Shown: piece by piece, positions 19,053 to 28,648 of the stretch
Position numbering within the stretch: position 1 is the stretch's first letter
Layout of the letters: every line of letters begins with the position of its first letter
Assembly: GCA_964651815.1 (NCBI GenBank)
Contig: CAZYWG010000005.1
Coordinates: 27,053-91,052 of the forward strand
Direction: 5' to 3'
Length of the DNA stretch: 64,000 nucleotides
Origin: an uncultured Gammaproteobacteria bacterium
Lineage (GTDB): Bacteria; Patescibacteriota; Microgenomatia; Levybacterales; GWA1-39-11
Made by a program: the position numbers and the translations under genes
The notes under the pieces: generated by a model
Told to the model about the DNA's origin: nothing
Database searches by the model: none
What the model saw: the letters and a program-made list of their open reading frames with translations, nothing else

Positions 19053-20099
19053 CTAGATTAATTTTTTAGTCCATGTTGCCGGAGTATCCTTTGTAGTTAT
19101 TTCGAGTTTGCTTAAGTATCTAAATTTTTGAGGACCTATGGTTTTTGCCCATTCAATCATTTTTAAAACGCCCTCATCTAAATCAACTGTTGTCTTAAAA
19201 CCTAGGATTTTCTCCGCTTTACCAACTGTACACCAAGCATCCACCACCTCCATGGGCCTAATAGGTATATATTTCGGTTTAAATTTTTTTGGTATTTTAC
19301 CATCCTGAAAAAAATGTTTCAAAACAATTTTAGATAGCTGGTTTATTGTATGTTCCTTTGTTGGTCCTATATTAAAAATCTGGTTCTCAGCTTTTTTTAA
19401 AAATCCTGAATTCATAATGTAGGGAGTAAAATCTTCAATATACGAAAATGCCCTTTTTTGATTGCCGTCACCATATATGTAGTAATTTTTCTTTCTAAGT
19501 AAGCAGTTAATAAATATTCCTATTACATTCCTGTAAGGGTCTGCAATATTCTGTCTTGGACCATATACATTATGCGGACGAATTATTACATATTTGAATC
19601 CATGTACTTGACTTAATATTTCCGTAGAGCGCTCCATTGCTGCTTTTGATATTCCATAAATATCCTCGGGTAATCTCTCCATCCCTTCATCAAACGGTGG
19701 CTTTTGCGATCCATAAACACTCATAGAAGAAGTCAAAATCATTTTTTCAAACCCTATATTGATGCATGGGGTTAATAAGTTTAAGTAAGCCATATAATTC
19801 CTCTCCGTGCAATTTATTGGTGTAAATTGACTCCTACCCTCTGTAGCGTCCGCCGCGAGATGAAAAACTATTTCGGGTCTTACTTTATTGATATATTTAT
19901 CTGTTTTTTTACCATCTCGAAGATCGAGCACCTCAAAAAAACTTTTTGGGTTGATATTTTCTTTATATCCACCGGACAGGTCATCCACTCCGTAAACTCT
20001 ATGTCCCAACTTAATAAGTCCGTCTACCAGATGGCTCCCCATAAAACCTGCTGCACCTGTTACTAGTATTCTCTTTTTTTTGTTAGATTTTTTTTGCAT
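19053..20099 (-). CDS. NDP-sugar dehydratase/epimerase (extended SDR, UXS/RmlB-like). This is the probable 4,6-dehydratase partner of RfbF.
   Basis: RILVTGAAGFMGSHLVDGLIKLGHRVYGVDDLSGGYKENI and YGISK. The gene lies directly 5' of the rfbF-like gene. Confidence 0.7.
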   Translation of the reverse strand: MQKKSNKKKRILVTGAAGFMGSHLVDGLIKLGHRVYGVDDLSGGYKENINPKSFFEVLDLRDGKKTDKYINKVRPEIVFHLAADATEGRSQFTPINCTERNYMAYLNLLTPCINIGFEKMILTSSMSVYGSQKPPFDEGMERLPEDIYGISKAAMERSTEILSQVHGFKYVIIRPHNVYGPRQNIADPYRNVIGIFINCLLRKKNYYIYGDGNQKRAFSYIEDFTPYIMNSGFLKKAENQIFNIGPTKEHTINQLSKIVLKHFFQDGKIPKKFKPKYIPIRPMEVVDAWCTVGKAEKILGFKTTVDLDEGVLKMIEWAKTIGPQKFRYLSKLEITTKDTPATWTKKLI

Positions 20100-20814
20100 G
20101 AATTATAAGAAAGTAAGAATTTAGATTCTTTACGTCTGCAACTTCAACTTCTTTTCTAAATGGATTTAAAATCGTTGACGGATATTTGATACTAAAACTA
20201 AATCCACATTCTTTTAATAACGCGACAACATTCTCGAGTCTGTTTTTTTTATTTTTTTTACCTCCATGAAACTCCATAATTATTTCTTGCACAAATTTAA
20301 GTTTATGTTTAATTTCAGAAAGCACTATCATTTCCATTCCCTCAATATCTATTTTTAACAAGTCTACACTTCTGTTAATATACTCCGACAATTTAGTACT
20401 CGGTACGTAAATTGTTTCGTAGTCCAGGACATTATACCAATCATTTTTTACTCCTGCATCACCCCAATTCCAACCGTTTTTTTGTGTCGCTACGTAATAC
20501 GGAATTTTTCCTTTTTTAAGTCCAACTGCTTTTTTAATTAATGTAACATTTTTTAAAAAGTTTTGGGAAATGTTTTTTTCAAGAGTTTCTGCTGTTTTTG
20601 GGTTTGCTTCAAAAGAAAGAATATGTGATTCAGGATATATTTTTTTAAAATACAACACGCTTAATCCTATATGAGATCCACAATCAATAATGAACGGATT
20701 TTTTCTCTCGGATTTAAACTTGTATTGCCGCAACAAAAAAATATCTTTATAAATTGAAAACGTCTCAATAACATTTGAAAAATTAATTGAATAGCCCCCT
20801 ATCTTTATTCTCAT
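20083..20814 (-). CDS. FkbM-family methyltransferase.
   Basis: FIIDCGSHIGLSVLYFKKIYPESHILSFEANPKTAE is the characteristic FkbM domain core. Confidence 0.75.
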   Translation of the reverse strand: MRIKIGGYSINFSNVIETFSIYKDIFLLRQYKFKSERKNPFIIDCGSHIGLSVLYFKKIYPESHILSFEANPKTAETLEKNISQNFLKNVTLIKKAVGLKKGKIPYYVATQKNGWNWGDAGVKNDWYNVLDYETIYVPSTKLSEYINRSVDLLKIDIEGMEMIVLSEIKHKLKFVQEIIMEFHGGKKNKKNRLENVVALLKECGFSFSIKYPSTILNPFRKEVEVADVKNLNSYFLIIHAKKI

Positions 20815-20816
20815 GT

Positions 20817-21383
20817 TTAATGTTTTAATTTGTTTAAACGCTTAATAATTTTTGCTGGAACCCCGCCTACTGCCACATTTGGCGGAATGTCGTGAGTTAC
20901 AACTGCATTAGCCCCCACATAGACATTATTCCCAATTTTCACGCCCCCAACAATTCTCGCTCCGGCAAAAACATATACGTCATTCCCTATTTTGGGGGTC
21001 AGATTTCCACCTGAAGGGGTCCCTTTCATACCTATTGTAATTGGGCCAATGAGAGTAAGATTACTTCCGGCAACAACCGTTTGGGAAAATGTAATACCCC
21101 TATTATGAATGTATAGACTTCTACCTATTTTTACACTTGGAGGTATGTCAATGTCTAAAACAAAGTACGTATATAAAAAGTAAATCGGATACAAAAAAAT
21201 TCCTATTAGCTTTTCGAGCTTATTCCCCTGATAAAGAAGATTCCTTTCAAATCTATAACATACTGAGAAAAAAGCTCCTGGATTATGAAATATCACAAAA
21301 ACCTTCAAAAAAAAGTTTGGGTTTTTGTGAAGAGATAAATACCTTTCCCAATCGGAGAGGATGAGGCTGACTAAGTTTTCCAT
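20817..21383 (-). CDS. Hexapeptide acetyltransferase, serine-acetyltransferase (CysE/WcaB)-like. It is probably a sugar O-acetyltransferase.
   Basis: SAT-like N-terminus (NPGAFFSVCYRFERNLLYQG). The C-terminus has hexapeptide repeats (IGNDVYVFAGARIVGGVKIGNNVYVGANAVVTHDIP). Confidence 0.7.
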   Translation of the reverse strand: MENLVSLILSDWERYLSLHKNPNFFLKVFVIFHNPGAFFSVCYRFERNLLYQGNKLEKLIGIFLYPIYFLYTYFVLDIDIPPSVKIGRSLYIHNRGITFSQTVVAGSNLTLIGPITIGMKGTPSGGNLTPKIGNDVYVFAGARIVGGVKIGNNVYVGANAVVTHDIPPNVAVGGVPAKIIKRLNKLKH

Positions 21384-22312
21384 TTTGTTTTGGTATTCTT
21401 AAAATAATCTATTGTTTTCTTAAGTCCTTCAGTGAAGCCAACATTTTCTTGTATGGTCATTAGTTTTGATCCATTTGACTTATTTACTTTATTTTTTTTG
21501 CCTCCTAAATTTTGTTGTTTGTTGAATCTAAAAACATTTTTATTACCTGTTAATTTAACAATTATTTTTGCAAGACTAAGTATAGAAATGCTGTTTGAGC
21601 TAATTATATCAACTGGTACAGAATTAGAATATTTCTCTACAAGATTTAGAAGATTTTCAACTAAATCGATGACAAACAAAAAGGATTTTTCCTCTGTCCC
21701 ATCACCCCAAATAGAAATTCCTTCTCCTGAAAGTGATTGCTCTATAAATGAAGGTATTACGCGCCCTTTATCTATATCCGGATCATCTCCCGGTCCATAT
21801 GTATTACCCGGTCTTGCAACTGCAATTTTCATTCCGAATTGGCTTGTATAAAGCCTCGCAATGTCTTCTGAAAATTTTTTTGATAATATATAGCCATCAT
21901 TTTCTTCATCTCTGTAAACTTCTATTGAACTCATCAAAAGTACTCTATTTACTTTGTTCAAGCGTGCGGCCTCTATAATGTTTAATACAATTTGAGTATT
22001 AACTCTCAAAATCTGAGCTGAATTTTTCGCCTTAAAATTTCTACTTCCATCTATTGCAGCGAAGTTTAATACAATATCCTGCTCGCGAATATTGTTTACA
22101 CAATCTTCAAAAATAAGCAGATCTGACTTAATTATTTTAATTTTATTTTCAAGATCCCCAAGGTTATTTTTGATTTTTTTGGAATCTGTCTTTTTTGAAA
22201 CAATTGCTGTTACATTTGCACCTTTACTAACCAAAAGTTCGACCATATTAGAGCCTATAAAACCCGCAGCACCTGTAACTACAACTTTTTTATCTTTCCA
22301 GAAATTTTTCAT
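21371..22312 (-). CDS. NAD-dependent nucleotide-sugar epimerase/dehydratase (extended SDR).
   Basis: KVVVTGAAGFIGSNMVELL and YILSK (YxxxK). Confidence 0.7.
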   Translation of the reverse strand: MKNFWKDKKVVVTGAAGFIGSNMVELLVSKGANVTAIVSKKTDSKKIKNNLGDLENKIKIIKSDLLIFEDCVNNIREQDIVLNFAAIDGSRNFKAKNSAQILRVNTQIVLNIIEAARLNKVNRVLLMSSIEVYRDEENDGYILSKKFSEDIARLYTSQFGMKIAVARPGNTYGPGDDPDIDKGRVIPSFIEQSLSGEGISIWGDGTEEKSFLFVIDLVENLLNLVEKYSNSVPVDIISSNSISILSLAKIIVKLTGNKNVFRFNKQQNLGGKKNKVNKSNGSKLMTIQENVGFTEGLKKTIDYFKNTKTKWKT

Positions 22313-23148
22313 TTTAATAAAGATGAAAACACAATTCCGCTAAAACCCGCCAAATACTCCATGCTTCTCATGATAATAAATGCCACAGCATCAATAGGCC
22401 TCATAACAAAAAGCTTCCAATTTTTAATATATGCTTTTCTTATTGGAAAATAGGAAACCACTCCGGCCTTTGGTCTTTTTGAGATATACTTAATTGAATC
22501 GCGGCCGTACATAAATCTTTTTTTCATTAATTTGAAAAGCTCCAATTTTCCTTCGTTGTGTCCTACTATATTTTTAGTTCTACCAACGTTATATTTTTTT
22601 TCCAAAAGTTTCTGGTGTAGATCCCAATCATCCCCTCCACCACCAAGTGTTTCATCAAGCCCACCCAGTTTTTTCCAAACATCCTTTTTGAAAAATCTTG
22701 GAGCTTCAATAGAATCATCTCCCCAATAACATCTCCTTTCAAGATTTTTTGCAGAGGCCCAAATACCTTCACCAAAAGAGTCTTCCGGAATTATTAAAGC
22801 ATCAAATCTTTTCTCACATAATTCGGTAGCCTCACTTAATAATCCTTTAGAAAGCTCCATGTCAGCGTCAACGTAATAAATGTATTTACCTCTTGCCTTT
22901 TTAGCCCCGTAATTTCTTTTATGAGGTGCATCAAAAGTACCACTAGCCACTTTTGGAACAAACTCATAAATTACAGATTTGTATTTTTTTGCAATTTCAA
23001 GCGTTTTGTCGCTAGAATTACCATCAACAATTATTAGTTCAATCGATAGGTATGTTTGTGACTTAATACTTTTTAAACAATTTTCCAAAAAACGGGATGA
23101 ATTCTTTGTAGGAATAATAACCGATACCAATTCTTTTCTCATAAACAT
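22309..23148 (-). CDS. GT2 family glycosyltransferase.
   Basis: VSVIIPTKNSSRFLENCLKSIKSQTY...IIVDGNSSDKT and a DAD-like YYVDADME motif. Confidence 0.75.
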   Translation of the reverse strand: MFMRKELVSVIIPTKNSSRFLENCLKSIKSQTYLSIELIIVDGNSSDKTLEIAKKYKSVIYEFVPKVASGTFDAPHKRNYGAKKARGKYIYYVDADMELSKGLLSEATELCEKRFDALIIPEDSFGEGIWASAKNLERRCYWGDDSIEAPRFFKKDVWKKLGGLDETLGGGGDDWDLHQKLLEKKYNVGRTKNIVGHNEGKLELFKLMKKRFMYGRDSIKYISKRPKAGVVSYFPIRKAYIKNWKLFVMRPIDAVAFIIMRSMEYLAGFSGIVFSSLLK

Positions 23149-24479
23149 TATTGTTCATTATACTGCATTACAGCCAGAATACTTAGAATTATGTATACAA
23201 AAAACCACGATTTGTTAATTATATTTGAAAAAATGTTTCCTTTTTTTATATTTGAAATCTGTAAAAAAAGAGGCAATACCCAACTAATTATTGCTACTCG
23301 AAATATAAAATAAGAAAACCCAAAGGCAGGCATCCATACATTTTGTAAAAGGCTCGTTCCCACAAAAACTAGAAAGAGGAAAGTTAGAAAATAATTTTTG
23401 TTAAAATATTCTTTCAAAAATAAAGCTATCGAAATTATCAAATATGGATAAAATGGAAATCTGTACCACCCATGCCCTGCTTCATCAGGTATTCCTGCAA
23501 GAAAGATTAAAAAGTAAGAGAGAAATGGAAAAATGATAAAAATGTTTTTCTTAATGTCTTTTATTAATAACAAAAATATGGCAAACCAGCCAAAATAAAT
23601 CCACCCGTCCGTATAAAAACGATCAATAAGGTAGGGCTTCTGGAATAAAGCATAGATACTGTTAAAAGCAAGGTCGTAACGGTTCAGTTGCAAACTCCAC
23701 AAAGAAAGAAAAAGATTTCGGTCAAAATAAAATCCGTAAACAAAATAAATCAAAAATATAGGCAAAACAACAGAAAGGAAAAACAATATATCTCTATATC
23801 GCTTAAGAAACAAAAAAATCAAAACAATTGAAAACGCGCCGGCAAGCCAAGGTACTTTTGAAATACTTAGTAAACCACATAATATAGCTGCAATATTTCT
23901 ATATCGCGTTTTTTTAGTTTTCAAATATTTAGAAATTAAATAAAGCGAAAGAAGCCATATAGGTATGAAAAAATTCTCGTTCTGTAAAATTCTAGAGCCA
24001 ACTGCAATGGACGGAACAACGGCATACAACAACCCAGCAATAAGCGCAATACCTTTATCTTGATATAGTTCATGCGTTAAAAGCATTACAAGCCCTATGC
24101 TAATAACTCCCAGAATCAACGCCAAGCCTCGAATGTGTCTCAGATCAATGTGATATATATCTTTTGCTCCTGACATAAGTGCGAATGTCCCGGCAATCAA
24201 TCCAAAAAAGGGTGGGTGTTCAAGATAAGGCGTAACAAGTCTGAAAGGCGTCTTTTGATATATTATGTTTTTTGTTTTTTTATATTGAGGATGAGGTGAC
24301 CATGATGTTGGGATATGATTCTGAATCAAACTTATGCCCTGCCATGTCCAAGCATACTCGTCAAAAGTCGCTCCAAGCCTTGGCCAAGTGTATAGATTAT
24401 GAATTCTAAGAAAAAATCCCAACAGAAGTATAAGTAAAAAAATAATTAGACAAATTCTATTTTTGATCGATTTAACCAT
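23148..24479 (-). CDS. PMT_2/ArnT-like GT-C glycosyltransferase (GT39/83-like) and a distant paralog of the tandem array at 38345..45102.
   Basis: 443-aa polytopic protein. The first loop has the DE motif (LGATFDEYAWTWQGISL) characteristic of PMT/ArnT-type GT-C enzymes. Confidence 0.55.
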   Translation of the reverse strand: MVKSIKNRICLIIFLLILLLGFFLRIHNLYTWPRLGATFDEYAWTWQGISLIQNHIPTSWSPHPQYKKTKNIIYQKTPFRLVTPYLEHPPFFGLIAGTFALMSGAKDIYHIDLRHIRGLALILGVISIGLVMLLTHELYQDKGIALIAGLLYAVVPSIAVGSRILQNENFFIPIWLLSLYLISKYLKTKKTRYRNIAAILCGLLSISKVPWLAGAFSIVLIFLFLKRYRDILFFLSVVLPIFLIYFVYGFYFDRNLFLSLWSLQLNRYDLAFNSIYALFQKPYLIDRFYTDGWIYFGWFAIFLLLIKDIKKNIFIIFPFLSYFLIFLAGIPDEAGHGWYRFPFYPYLIISIALFLKEYFNKNYFLTFLFLVFVGTSLLQNVWMPAFGFSYFIFRVAIISWVLPLFLQISNIKKGNIFSNIINKSWFFVYIILSILAVMQYNEQ

Positions 24480-24483
24480 AAGG

Positions 24484-25593
24484 TTATTTTATGACCGAAT
24501 TAAATTTGTTAAAGGTTTTATCCCAAGTATATTTTCTTCTCTCCTCAATTGCCCCCTTTTGTAATGCACTATACTTCTTTTTGTTTTCTAATATTTCTTG
24601 TACAAGTTTTGCCATTTCATTTGGCGTGTTCTTGGAACAAAGATACCCGTTAACATTATTTACCAGCACCTCTCTCAATCCCTCTACATTATAGACAACG
24701 GACGGTGTGCCGCGTGCTCCCGCTTCATGGACCGTTAATCCCCACCCTTCTTTTGCAGACGGAGATATCAAAACTTGTGACTTTTCAAGTAATTTGTTTT
24801 TTAAATTGTCATCGGTAAAACCCCAAAATTTTACATTTTCAGACAATGAAAAGCGAGCTATCATATTTATAAGATATTTTGTGTATTCCTTATCTCCTCT
24901 GCCTACTATCCAAAGCATTATTTTAGGAAATGTTTTTTTTAAAATTGCAGCAACTTTAATTGCGTCCTCTATTCCTTTTTGTTTTGTAATTCTACCCACA
25001 AAAATTATAGTTGGGAATTCGTTTTTTTTGGGAAGAGAACTTATTATTGGTGTGCTACATCCCAAAGGAAGAATATCTATTTTTGAAGTTGAAAACCCTA
25101 AAGTTTTCAATTCTTCTTTAGAAGACTCGGAAATCGTTAATATGCGATTAGATTTATAAAGTAGTGGATAAATTGCTTCAACTGTTTTCCCAAGAATATT
25201 AAAAGGAAATTTAACCGCAACATCCCACAATTTTCCTGCAACTTCACAAATCAGAACGACTTTTTTTTCTTTTACATATAACGGAGTAAAAAATGGTGCG
25301 CCGTGAATTTCGTCAATAACCAGATCTATTTTCCCTTTTAGATTTTTACTGTAGTACCTGAAAGCTTTGTAATGAACTGATGATAAAAGAGTTCTTACGT
25401 CGGGATTTCCATCTCTTAATATCTTCACTCCATCAATTATTTCCGCCTGTTTTGCTCCGGTAAATTTAGATGAGAACTGGATAACTTCATGTTTGTTGCG
25501 GATGAGTCTTTTTGCGAGTTCATGTGTGAGAATTTCTGCGCCGCCGGATTGAGGGTTTTTAATATCCCGCCAGTTTAAAATCAATATTCTCAT
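24484..25593 (-). CDS. GT4 family glycosyltransferase (GT-B).
   Basis: EGWGLTVHEAGARGTPSVV (E-x7-E motif) and KIMLWIVGRGD. Confidence 0.8.
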   Translation of the reverse strand: MRILILNWRDIKNPQSGGAEILTHELAKRLIRNKHEVIQFSSKFTGAKQAEIIDGVKILRDGNPDVRTLLSSVHYKAFRYYSKNLKGKIDLVIDEIHGAPFFTPLYVKEKKVVLICEVAGKLWDVAVKFPFNILGKTVEAIYPLLYKSNRILTISESSKEELKTLGFSTSKIDILPLGCSTPIISSLPKKNEFPTIIFVGRITKQKGIEDAIKVAAILKKTFPKIMLWIVGRGDKEYTKYLINMIARFSLSENVKFWGFTDDNLKNKLLEKSQVLISPSAKEGWGLTVHEAGARGTPSVVYNVEGLREVLVNNVNGYLCSKNTPNEMAKLVQEILENKKKYSALQKGAIEERRKYTWDKTFNKFNSVIK

Positions 25594-25607
25594 CCTTTAT
25601 ATAAAAT

Positions 25608-26366
25608 CTATTCGTGTATCTTATCATAATAGTGAGTTATTTTTAATCGATAAAACACAGCTGTTGTATCCCAAAGCATCCAAAATATCACTCTCCAAAA
25701 CGAAGCCGACGTAATACTACTCGCGTTGTTGAAGTTTAGCTTTATCGGGGACTCTATAATATTTGTGTACCCTAATTTTTGCGCAACGGCAAGAACTTCA
25801 ATATCAAAAGCAAATCTTTTTATAGCAATTCGAGAAAATACCTCTTTTGCCACATTTTTCCTGAAAATCTTAAGTCCCACTTGAGTATCCTTTATTTTGT
25901 ATCCAAATAAAAGGTGAGTAATCATTCTATACCCCCATGATAATATTCTTCTTATAAAAGGGTAGTTTACTTTCGAATCCGGATGCAATTTGCTACCGAC
26001 AACAATATCAGCATCACTGAGTTGCATTAAATCCAATGCTACTGAAAGCTCTGATGGCTCAAGATCCATACCTGCATCAATAAAACCTACCACATCTCCC
26101 GTAGCCTTTAAGATTCCATATTTTACAGCATACCCTTTTCCTCTATTTTTCTCATATCCTAACACGGTCAGATTTTTTATATTTGTCTTTTTTGAATTTT
26201 TAAACGTATCGTCTAAAAAACCATCCACAACAACAATAATTTCATATTCGTAATGTAAAAGAGATAAGGCATTGTTTATATTTTTAATATCACGCTCGAT
26301 TGTCTTTTGTTGTTTATAAGCGGGAATAACTATAGAAATTTTGTTTATTTTAGGAGTTTCTGGCAC
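25608..26366 (-). CDS. GT2, a DPM1/CsbB/GtrB-like polyprenyl-phosphate sugar synthase.
   Basis: 252 aa with ISIVIPAYKQQKTIERDI...EIIVVVDGFLDDT, NRGKGYAVKYG and GFIDAGMD. It is short and single-domain like DPM1-type enzymes, and it lies adjacent to a MOP flippase. Confidence 0.7.
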   Translation of the reverse strand: MPETPKINKISIVIPAYKQQKTIERDIKNINNALSLLHYEYEIIVVVDGFLDDTFKNSKKTNIKNLTVLGYEKNRGKGYAVKYGILKATGDVVGFIDAGMDLEPSELSVALDLMQLSDADIVVGSKLHPDSKVNYPFIRRILSWGYRMITHLLFGYKIKDTQVGLKIFRKNVAKEVFSRIAIKRFAFDIEVLAVAQKLGYTNIIESPIKLNFNNASSITSASFWRVIFWMLWDTTAVFYRLKITHYYDKIHE

Positions 26367-27609
26367 GCGGATAGTATAGCAAAAGAGAAATTAGAAGTAC
26401 AAATGTAACAATTATTGAAACATAAATTACTTGAGTTATATTCTCGTGAAACAAGACAATTAAAAGTATTTGAGAAATTGCCGCTACAGCTACCGGGATT
26501 GAAGTCATTGTTTTATGTATAGATAAATAAAAATTTGCGAGTAGTGAGCAAATTGAATATAAGGACATAAAAATCGCAAACAAGCCAAGATACTCTGCAA
26601 CAGCTAAATACTTAGGGCCAAAGAGAAGACCTACCATCAATTTTGACTCGGCAAAGTAAATTAACGTTATAAAAACACATATAAATAATGTAATTAAAAA
26701 TCCCCAAAGTAGGAATTTTAAATACTTCTCTCCATTAGCGTGACTTTCTGAAGCCATAGGAAATATTACCAAAACTATAGGAGAGGCACCAAAATATATA
26801 ATCTTCCCAAGAACAGATAGCGCAGAATAGTATCCGGAGTTTACGCTACTCAAAAAGTGTCTTACAAGAATGACGTCTGTTGTAAAAAGAGAAGTTAATG
26901 CAAGGGTTGTCACAAAAGTCGGTAATGCAAATTTAATCAACTCTTTTTTGTGCGGAAAACTGGAAGTTAAAGATAGTTTTCGTTTTAACAAACTTTTTAT
27001 CAAATAATACGAAAGAAAAAGCGCTAACAAAAAACCAATCCCTATTGAAGCAAACGCTCCCTCCACCCTGAACCCTAAATAAACAAGAATTACGCCGAGC
27101 ACTAATTTTATTCCTGTCTCGATGAAACTCAGAACACTAAAATTGAAGAAAGAGGACATCCCTTGAATAGTACTTTTGTTTAAAACATAAACCAGATTTA
27201 TTAAAAAAGTTATTGAAAGCAAAAACACAAGCAGAAAAGATGAGAGATGGAGAAAGTTTTTAATAAAAGGGGAGAACAAAATCAATAAAACGCTTATTCC
27301 TGATCCATACAATATAATTTTTCCTAGCAAATAATTGTAAAAGTCTGAAATTGAAGCGTAATCTTTTTTCCCTTTATATCTGGAAACAAATTTGACTATT
27401 ACAAAAGTGAGGGCAAGAGTCGGGACAAATAAAATATAAAGAAGCGATATCAAACTTTCGAGTGCTCCGTAAAATGAGACTCCAAGCATCCTACCCATAA
27501 GTAAGTGATAAAAATAATTTCCAAAGTTTAGAAAACCCGTTCCCAAAAATACCCAGAAAGTTGCGGAAATAAAATTGTTCGAAAGTGTTTTTTTAAGTAG
27601 TGCTTTCAT
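26350..27609 (-). CDS. MOP-superfamily (Wzx-like) polysaccharide flippase.
   Basis: 419 aa with about 12 predicted hydrophobic segments. The Gly-rich helices are typical of 'polysaccharide biosynthesis protein' flippases. Confidence 0.6.
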   Translation of the reverse strand: MKALLKKTLSNNFISATFWVFLGTGFLNFGNYFYHLLMGRMLGVSFYGALESLISLLYILFVPTLALTFVIVKFVSRYKGKKDYASISDFYNYLLGKIILYGSGISVLLILFSPFIKNFLHLSSFLLVFLLSITFLINLVYVLNKSTIQGMSSFFNFSVLSFIETGIKLVLGVILVYLGFRVEGAFASIGIGFLLALFLSYYLIKSLLKRKLSLTSSFPHKKELIKFALPTFVTTLALTSLFTTDVILVRHFLSSVNSGYYSALSVLGKIIYFGASPIVLVIFPMASESHANGEKYLKFLLWGFLITLFICVFITLIYFAESKLMVGLLFGPKYLAVAEYLGLFAIFMSLYSICSLLANFYLSIHKTMTSIPVAVAAISQILLIVLFHENITQVIYVSIIVTFVLLISLLLYYPRARNS

Positions 27610-28648
27610 AAATTGTTACTAAATCTTTGATGGATTTTTTGACTGTAAATATTTCTGCTTGTTTTAACCCTTTTTCGGAAAGTTCTTGTCTTAATTTTCC
27701 ATCGTTAATAAGTTTAGATATACCATTTGCTATGTCTTTCGAATCAAGTGCATCTACATAATAAACGGCATTTCCCCCAACTTCCTCAAGGCTTCCCTCT
27801 TTTGTAGTTATCACGGGACACCCACAATTCATAGCTTCTAGAACAGGCAATCCAAAACCTTCATAAATTGAAGGCATTACAAGGGCAGAAGCTAAATTGT
27901 AAATTTTTATCAAATCGACATTTGGAACAAAACCAAGCTTAACAAACTGTGTAGTATTTATTTCTCGTAAAACTTTTTTTAAATCATCATTCCATTTGTT
28001 TGAAGAAACATCTGACATTTGACTACCCCAAATTTTTCCCACCATAACTAAGGTGACATTTGTTTTCTTAACAGCTTCAACTAGTCTCGATAAATTTTTA
28101 TTCCATGTTGCATCCCCTACATATAAAATGAAACTCTCGGGCAAATTATATTTTTTTTGAATTTGAGATGTTTTTATTTCGTCTAATTTAAGTTTTTTAA
28201 ACGTTTGGTCTGCAGCGAGATATACAGTCTTCACTTTGTTATCCGATACACCGATTATCCTCTGTATGTCTTTTTTTGAACAATTTGAATCAGTAATAAC
28301 ACAACTCGCTTTTTTTAAAAGTCTTTTTTGAACTTGCCATTTCATGTTACCTTTAAAACCAGCCGGAAAGTGATCAGGGAACGCAATTGGCGTTAAATCA
28401 TGAACAGTAACTACAAATTTTTGGGGAGATTTAAATGGAAGCGTTAAGAAAAAAGGGTCAAAATAAGGATAGTGAATTAAATCAGCATTTTTGGGAAATG
28501 ACTTATCTTCAACAAAAACATACTCGTTTTTTCCATCATACTTTGCAAGGTTTTGAATAAGCATATTAATGTACGCACCAACACCACGAACCTTGTGAGC
28601 AGAATTAGAACTTTTAATCACGGGAGAGATATCTATAGCAATCTTCAT
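27593..28648 (-). CDS. GT4 family glycosyltransferase.
   Basis: EGFGLPVLEAMNCGCPVITT (E-x7-E) and VTLVMVGK. Confidence 0.8.
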   Translation of the reverse strand: MKIAIDISPVIKSSNSAHKVRGVGAYINMLIQNLAKYDGKNEYVFVEDKSFPKNADLIHYPYFDPFFLTLPFKSPQKFVVTVHDLTPIAFPDHFPAGFKGNMKWQVQKRLLKKASCVITDSNCSKKDIQRIIGVSDNKVKTVYLAADQTFKKLKLDEIKTSQIQKKYNLPESFILYVGDATWNKNLSRLVEAVKKTNVTLVMVGKIWGSQMSDVSSNKWNDDLKKVLREINTTQFVKLGFVPNVDLIKIYNLASALVMPSIYEGFGLPVLEAMNCGCPVITTKEGSLEEVGGNAVYYVDALDSKDIANGISKLINDGKLRQELSEKGLKQAEIFTVKKSIKDLVTIYESTT

